From Candidatus Omnitrophota bacterium (lineage in GTDB: Bacteria; Omnitrophota; Gorgyraeia; JAGLLT01), in the NCBI GenBank assembly GCA_030632085.1, contig DAOVJY010000002.1, forward strand, positions 141,325 through 205,324: a DNA stretch of 64,000 nt, given 5' to 3'. The notes under the pieces are model-generated. The model searched no databases and was not told the origin of the DNA. It worked only from the letters and a program-made list of their open reading frames with translations. Positions 59,411 through 64,000 of this stretch are shown here, one piece after another. A program made the translations under genes and the position numbers. Each line of letters begins with the position of its first letter. Within the stretch, counting starts at the first letter, position 1.

Positions 59411-59680
59411 ATGCCAACTTATGAATATGAGTGTAAAAAATGCGGTGATTGTTTTGAAGAATTTCAGAGCATGAGCGCTGAACCCTTAAAGAAATGCAAA
59501 AAGTGCAAAGGTAACCTTAGGCGCTTGATTGGCAGTGGAGCCGGTATTATATTTAAAGGTTCAGGTTTTTACGCTACAGATTATAGAAGTTCGGATTATA
59601 AAGCCAAGGCCAAGGCTGAAAAATCACCGTGTACGGCTTGTGAAAAACCTAAATCATGCTCTACTAAGAAAAAAAGTTAA
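59411..59680 (+). CDS. FmdB-family zinc-ribbon protein
   Basis: MPTYEYECKKCGDCFEEFQSMS…CKKCKG…; 1-nt gap after dnaJ. Confidence 0.7.
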   Translation: MPTYEYECKKCGDCFEEFQSMSAEPLKKCKKCKGNLRRLIGSGAGIIFKGSGFYATDYRSSDYKAKAKAEKSPCTACEKPKSCSTKKKS

Positions 59681-59683
59681 TAG

Positions 59684-60067
59684 TTGAGAAATATTAAAGA
59701 GAATATTTTAAAATATTGGTTATGGCCGCTAATTTATGTCGCGGTGATTTTTGGCCTCTCATCTATAAGATCTTTTCATGTCCATGAGTTTAAAAATTTT
59801 AATATTGATAAACTGCTGCATTTTGTAGAATACTTTGGTTTAGGCCTGGTTTTATCAAGGTCTTTTTTTAAGGCAACATCTTTAAAGAAAAACGTTATTT
59901 TCTGGTTTATAGTTACATTTGGTTTTATAATTGGACTGAGTGATGAATTTTATCAGTCATTTGTGCCCGGTAGGCAGCCGAGTGTTTATGATTTTTTGTC
60001 TGATATTATCGGTATATTATCGGGAACCTGGATTTATTTGAGAAAGGCAAACCATGATAGAAATTAA
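59684..60067 (+). CDS. VanZ-like family membrane protein
   Basis: Four predicted TM helices. KLLHFVEYFGLGLVLSRSF is VanZ-like. Confidence 0.55.
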   Translation: MRNIKENILKYWLWPLIYVAVIFGLSSIRSFHVHEFKNFNIDKLLHFVEYFGLGLVLSRSFFKATSLKKNVIFWFIVTFGFIIGLSDEFYQSFVPGRQPSVYDFLSDIIGILSGTWIYLRKANHDRN

Positions 60068-61349
60068 GGGCTTTAGGGGAGTAGTATATAGTAAAAGAAA
60101 GATTAAGGATTTTAGCTTAGTTACCGCGCCGCCTTATGATGTTATTTCCCCTAAAGAGAGAGATGAGCTTTATAAAAAAAGCGATTATAATGTCATTCGT
60201 CTTATATTAGGTAAGATGTATAAGCGTGATGATAAAAAGAATAACCGCTATAGCCGAGCCGCCGATTTTATAGAAAAATGGATTGCCAAGGATGTGCTTA
60301 TAAGGGATGAGAAACCCACTCTTTATGTATATTTGCAGGAATTTACCGATCCTCAGACAAAAAGGAGGGTAAAGCGTTTAGGTTTTATTGGACACTTTGT
60401 GTTGCAGGAATTTAAAAAGAAAAATATCTATCCTCATGAGTGGACTTTATCAAAACCCAAAGTTGATAGATTTGAGCTGATAAAAGCAACTTCTTCGAAC
60501 TATAGCCCTGTATTTTCTCTTTTTTCCGATAAAAAGAAGAAGGTTGATAGTCTTCTAAAAAAGGCGTTAAAGGCTAAAGCGTTTATAAAGTTGAAAGATA
60601 GCGATAACGCGACGCACGCGATTTATCGTATTGACGATAAAAAGATGATAGGTTCTATACGGAAAGAACTATCTAATAAGAAACTTTTTATAGCTGATGG
60701 GCATCACAGATATGAAACAGCCCTTAATTATAAAAAACACGTAAAAAAAATAGGCAAAAAAGCTAAAGATATATCAGCTCAAGCAACTCTAATGTATTTT
60801 ACAAATCTTGATGGCGCGGGGCTAAAGATATACCCCATTCACCGCTCTGTAAGAAATATATCAAAGGAAATCCTAAAGAATCTTATTCCTGCTTTAAAAA
60901 AGTATTTTGACGTTGAAATTAGCGGCTCAAAAAAATCCATGCTGAAGAAAGTCTTATCAGCTAAAACCGGAAATTATATTTTCGGGATGTACTTCGGTAA
61001 GAAGTTTTATATTTTAAAACTCAAAGATAAAAAGACAGTAGCTAAAGCAGCCGGTAAAAAGAAAGCTTCTAATGTAGATAAACTAAACGTCAGCCTGCTC
61101 CATAATCTGATAATTAATAAACTACTCAAAGCTGATTTTGAAGATGATGTATATTATCTAAAAAGTCCGGATACGGTTATTAAAGATGTTAATTTAAAGA
61201 AAAATAGAGTGGGATTTTTCCTGGCCGCTATTACCGCGGATGAGATAGTAAAAGCAGCCTTAAATAATGAACGGCTTCCAAGGAAATCTACCTATTTTTA
61301 TCCCAAGCTTTACAGTGGTTTAGTAATAAATAAGATGAATAGGCCCTAG
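60054..61349 (+). CDS. DUF1015 family protein
   Basis: N-terminus IKGFRGVVYSK…VTAPPYDVISPKERDELY and mid-protein FIADGHHRYETAL are characteristic of DUF1015. Overlaps the VanZ-like gene by 14 nt. Confidence 0.55.
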   Translation: MIEIKGFRGVVYSKRKIKDFSLVTAPPYDVISPKERDELYKKSDYNVIRLILGKMYKRDDKKNNRYSRAADFIEKWIAKDVLIRDEKPTLYVYLQEFTDPQTKRRVKRLGFIGHFVLQEFKKKNIYPHEWTLSKPKVDRFELIKATSSNYSPVFSLFSDKKKKVDSLLKKALKAKAFIKLKDSDNATHAIYRIDDKKMIGSIRKELSNKKLFIADGHHRYETALNYKKHVKKIGKKAKDISAQATLMYFTNLDGAGLKIYPIHRSVRNISKEILKNLIPALKKYFDVEISGSKKSMLKKVLSAKTGNYIFGMYFGKKFYILKLKDKKTVAKAAGKKKASNVDKLNVSLLHNLIINKLLKADFEDDVYYLKSPDTVIKDVNLKKNRVGFFLAAITADEIVKAALNNERLPRKSTYFYPKLYSGLVINKMNRP

Positions 61350-61387
61350 GGACTATTGAAAATAGTTATTAATTGTGGTATACTACA

Positions 61388-61510
61388 GGTAGGACATAAA
61401 CACGCCCGAGCCTGAAAATATCTCAGGTTCTAAAGTGCAAGATTAGGGGCTTTCCCCCATAAAAAGAGAGCACTACCTGAGATATTAGCCTAAAGAAAGT
61501 CGTTTTTAGG
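61388..61510 (+). ncRNA. Candidate small structured RNA of unknown class. It lies downstream of an extended -10 promoter (TGgTATACT, 61372-61380) and ends in a 6-bp terminal hairpin CCTAAA-N10-TTTAGG.
   Basis: Long-range complementarity between AATATCTCAGG (61418-61428) and CCTGAGATATT (61476-61486). This encloses the hairpins GGGGCTTTCCCC and GTGC…GCAC. No coding potential. No match to RNase P, SRP, tmRNA or 6S could be made by eye. Confidence 0.25.
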
Positions 61511-61556
61511 TTGACCCGGACGTGTTTCTTTGTGTATATAGGGTGGGTTATTAATC

Positions 61557-62381
61557 ATGCCGGAACTTCCGGAAGTTGAGACTATCAGACGCTTTCTTAA
61601 GAAGCATATCTTAAATAAAGAAATATCCGCGGTTAATATTAAGTTTGATAAGATTATCCATGAGGATAAAAAGCTTTTTATTGAACACCTGAAGAAAACT
61701 ATAATAACAGACATCAAAAGGCAAGGTAAATATTTTATCTTTGTCCTATCTAACGGGTATTATCTGATTATCCATCTAAAGATGTCAGGCCAGTTATTAT
61801 ATGTACCCCATAAATCAAAAATCATAAAACATACTCATGTAATTATCTCCTTTAAAGGCGGCGATTTTGATTTACGTTTTAAGGATGTAAGGCGGTTTGG
61901 ATATCTCTTAACATTAAGTAAGAGCGAATCGCGAAAATATCTCTTAAAGCGGATTGGGACTGATATTTTGGATGTTGGCTCTCTGGAATTTAAAAAAACT
62001 TTAAAAAGTAAACAAAGGATTATAAAAAGCTTATTATTGGATCAAAAGTTATATGCCGGTATTGGCAATATCTATGCTAATGAGGCTTTGTTTTTAGCCG
62101 GTATTCACCCGCGGGTGAAATCCTCAAATTTGAACGACAGCCAAATTAGAAAACTTTATGAAGCGCTTCAAAAGATCCTGAAGTCAGCTATTAAATCAGG
62201 CGGTTCTTCAGTGGGGGATTATATCTTACCTGATGATTCTATCGGTTCGTTTCAAAAAAGGCATAAGGTTTATCAGAAAGACGGCCAGGCTTGCCCGATC
62301 TGCAAAACACATATTAAGCGCGTAAAGCAAAACGGCAGAAGCAGCTTTTTCTGCCCTAACTGCCAAAAGAAACATTCTTAA
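61557..62381 (+). CDS. mutM: Formamidopyrimidine-DNA glycosylase (Fpg/MutM)
   Basis: N-terminal MPELPEVET. H2TH domain. C-terminal zinc finger CPICKTHIKRVKQNGRSSFFCPNCQ. Confidence 0.9.
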   Translation: MPELPEVETIRRFLKKHILNKEISAVNIKFDKIIHEDKKLFIEHLKKTIITDIKRQGKYFIFVLSNGYYLIIHLKMSGQLLYVPHKSKIIKHTHVIISFKGGDFDLRFKDVRRFGYLLTLSKSESRKYLLKRIGTDILDVGSLEFKKTLKSKQRIIKSLLLDQKLYAGIGNIYANEALFLAGIHPRVKSSNLNDSQIRKLYEALQKILKSAIKSGGSSVGDYILPDDSIGSFQKRHKVYQKDGQACPICKTHIKRVKQNGRSSFFCPNCQKKHS

Positions 62382-62534
62382 TTTTTTCCGCCATCCTAAA
62401 AGATTAAAACTTGTCGATTTAACACCCTCCCGGCAACCGCCGTAGAATAAAATAAAAGTGAAGATAAATTTACGCGAGGGGATAAAATTGTTTGTTTAAA
62501 GCAACATAATGCTATATAAAAGCAAAATTATGCA

Positions 62535-63701
62535 TTGACAGAAAGTGTGTTATATAGTATACTTTTGCTAATCATGGTAATAATTAAATATTTGATGTTA
62601 GTTATTGCAATCATTGCTTTTTCTCAAAGTGAGCTCTATGCTTTTAGCTCTAAAGAGTTAGATATAATGAATGAGATTAGCGTAAGTGAAATATACGATG
62701 ATAATATAAATTTTTCAAAAAAAAATAAAAAAAGCGATTTTATAACTAAGCTAAATTACGGTTTTGGATTAAAGCTTGAAAAGAAAACCTTAGATATTAA
62801 CCTGAAAGCGGTTATAAGCAGTGAATTATTCGCTAAATATGATAGATTTAATAATTTTAGCGAAGATGTAGAATTTAGTGTCAAAAAGCAGCTTTGCAAA
62901 AAAGCTTATTTTAGCGTTAAAGATAAATTTAGCCATACTTATGAACCATACAGTTTTTCCGAAGCTTTTGGGATAAAGGCGGCACAGTACAGCTATTACA
63001 GAAATAAATTCAATATTACTTATGACCGCGAACTTGGAAAAAGAATTAGTCTCAGCATGCTCTATGATAATGAAATGGATAAACCTTCAAACGCGGATAT
63101 TAAGAATTCATATTTAAATAGAGGCGCTTTTGAGGCAAATTATATCCTAAATACAAAAACCGGTTTACTTGCCGCGGCTAGCTTTGAGCAGAGAAGGTTT
63201 GAAGATAAAATGGACGCGTCTTCGGGTAAGATTACTTTTGGCTTAAGGAAGAGTATAAAACCTCGTCTTTCTTTTGAAATTAGAACAGGCGCGGATTTCA
63301 TAAATTCTTATCTGGAAAATAGATATATAAAACCTCTTGGGTCTATGCTAATGCGCGGTGAATTAAACGAAAAAACAGAGCTTGATGTTTATTTTTTAAA
63401 AGAGCCTTCTTTGCGTCCTTACAAACAAGCTGTTTTTGAATATTGGCAGATAGGCTTTTCTTTGAGGAGGCAGTTATCAAAGAAAGCTAATGGATTTATT
63501 TCCTCTTTTTACGGACAGGGCGATTATCTTCAGCTTGATATTAGCGATGAGCTTAAAGGCATAGAGGCCGGAATTAATTATGATATTAAAGATAATCTAA
63601 AAGGAGAGTTTAAATATAAATATTCTAACCTTGATTCTACGGATAAGAACGCGGATTACCGAAAAAATAGTTTTATTTTTAGCCTAAAAACGGAGTTCTA
63701 A
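62535..63701 (+). CDS. Putative outer-membrane beta-barrel protein of unknown function
   Basis: N-terminal hydrophobic signal region, alternating-hydrophobicity strands rich in Y/F/N, and a C-terminal aromatic residue (…KTEF). Confidence 0.45.
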   Translation: MTESVLYSILLLIMVIIKYLMLVIAIIAFSQSELYAFSSKELDIMNEISVSEIYDDNINFSKKNKKSDFITKLNYGFGLKLEKKTLDINLKAVISSELFAKYDRFNNFSEDVEFSVKKQLCKKAYFSVKDKFSHTYEPYSFSEAFGIKAAQYSYYRNKFNITYDRELGKRISLSMLYDNEMDKPSNADIKNSYLNRGAFEANYILNTKTGLLAAASFEQRRFEDKMDASSGKITFGLRKSIKPRLSFEIRTGADFINSYLENRYIKPLGSMLMRGELNEKTELDVYFLKEPSLRPYKQAVFEYWQIGFSLRRQLSKKANGFISSFYGQGDYLQLDISDELKGIEAGINYDIKDNLKGEFKYKYSNLDSTDKNADYRKNSFIFSLKTEF

Positions 63702-63703
63702 TA

Positions 63704-64000
63704 TGCTAAAGGAACGTATAGAAGTTTTTAAAAGAGTTAATCTCCTTTTGGACCTTTCTCTTGTGGCGTTATCATTTTTTCTGGGCTATGCCTTTTTAAG
63801 CTCTTTATTAAAAATGACCGCTCATAGTTTATATCCATTTAATAGCTATATCATTTTTCTGCCGCTTTTGCTTATTTTCTGGGGAGGATTCCTTTGTTTC
63901 TTCGGAATGTATAACTCCCTGAGAATAGAGTCTTTTTATAAAGTTCTTTTAACTGTCCTGAAAGCCGCTTTTTTTTCGTTTATTATTTTTAGCAGTCTTA
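63704..64000 (+). CDS. Sugar phosphotransferase (undecaprenyl-phosphate hexose-1-P transferase, WbaP/WcaJ-like), N-terminal membrane region. 3'-truncated by the window.
   Basis: Four N-terminal TM helices of the pattern seen in bacterial polyprenyl-phosphate sugar transferases. The ORF continues past the window end. Confidence 0.45.

Noticed and set aside
61490-61717. 75-aa minus-strand ORF overlapping the candidate ncRNA and the fpg start
   Set aside because: It overlaps the strongly supported fpg N-terminus (MPELPEVET) antisense, has no RBS, and is hydrophobic low-complexity. It is probably not coding.
755-64000. tRNA/rRNA genes and mobile elements
   Set aside because: All intergenic regions longer than 50 bp were scanned by eye for T-loop GTTCGA(A/T)TCC-type motifs and cloverleaf potential. 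None were found. No transposase, integrase or recombinase ORFs are present.

Overview
This is a 64 kb chromosomal window from a low-GC Gram-negative (diderm) bacterium. Lipid A/LPS/Lpt genes and HrcA/CIRCE control are present. The phylum cannot be called from sequence alone.

The first ~30 kb is one long co-directional + strand array:
- rarA (5'-truncated at the window edge) and lpxK.
- An LpxL-type lipid A acyltransferase fused to an ELM1/DUF1022-like C-terminal domain.
- A run of LPS core glycosyltransferases: a GT4-GT9 fusion, one GT4, and four standalone GT9 heptosyltransferase paralogs (five GT9 domains in total).
- Heptose-7-P kinase, then the complete Kdo pathway kdsB-pyrG-kdsA-kdsD-kdsC.
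- A lipoprotein-anchored OstA-fold LptC/LptA-like gene and lptB.
- Directly after lptB, with no rpoN, come hpf-ptsN-yvcK-ptsH-ptsI (a regulatory nitrogen-type PTS).
- Sugar-nucleotide genes, metK, ahcY, pfkA and a class II aldolase.

The rest of the window contains:
- lptF/lptG and comF on the minus strand.
- A membrane protein, a cation/H+ antiporter, and a TrmH methyltransferase + HD hydrolase pair.
- A signalling island: two output-less sensor-like proteins, a 7TM-GAF histidine kinase, a CheY-like regulator and a REC-GAF-GGDEF cyclase.
- An ArsR-controlled thiol-redox cluster: ferredoxin, Zn-ribbon NUDIX, CcdA, TlpA, CoADR/Nox-like oxidoreductase, TrxA and an FmdB zinc ribbon.
- miaB, a SPOR protein, miaA, hflX, CIRCE-hrcA-grpE-dnaK-dnaJ, fpg, an OMP and the start of a sugar phosphotransferase.

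I found no tRNA or rRNA genes, CRISPR arrays, transposases or integrases.

The most unusual content is a rich set of short intergenic repeat families:
- A ~100 bp tandem repeat between lptB and hpf whose hairpins co-vary.
- An ATTAAGG/CTTAAT hairpin family.
- An AAGTCAT/CACAAGT heptamer family that also encodes a protein C-terminus.
- CTAAGAGC repeats.

Other notable observations: pseudo-DHp helices on the truncated sensor proteins, two promoters positioned for leaderless mRNAs, a decayed J-domain remnant, and a candidate small RNA upstream of fpg.
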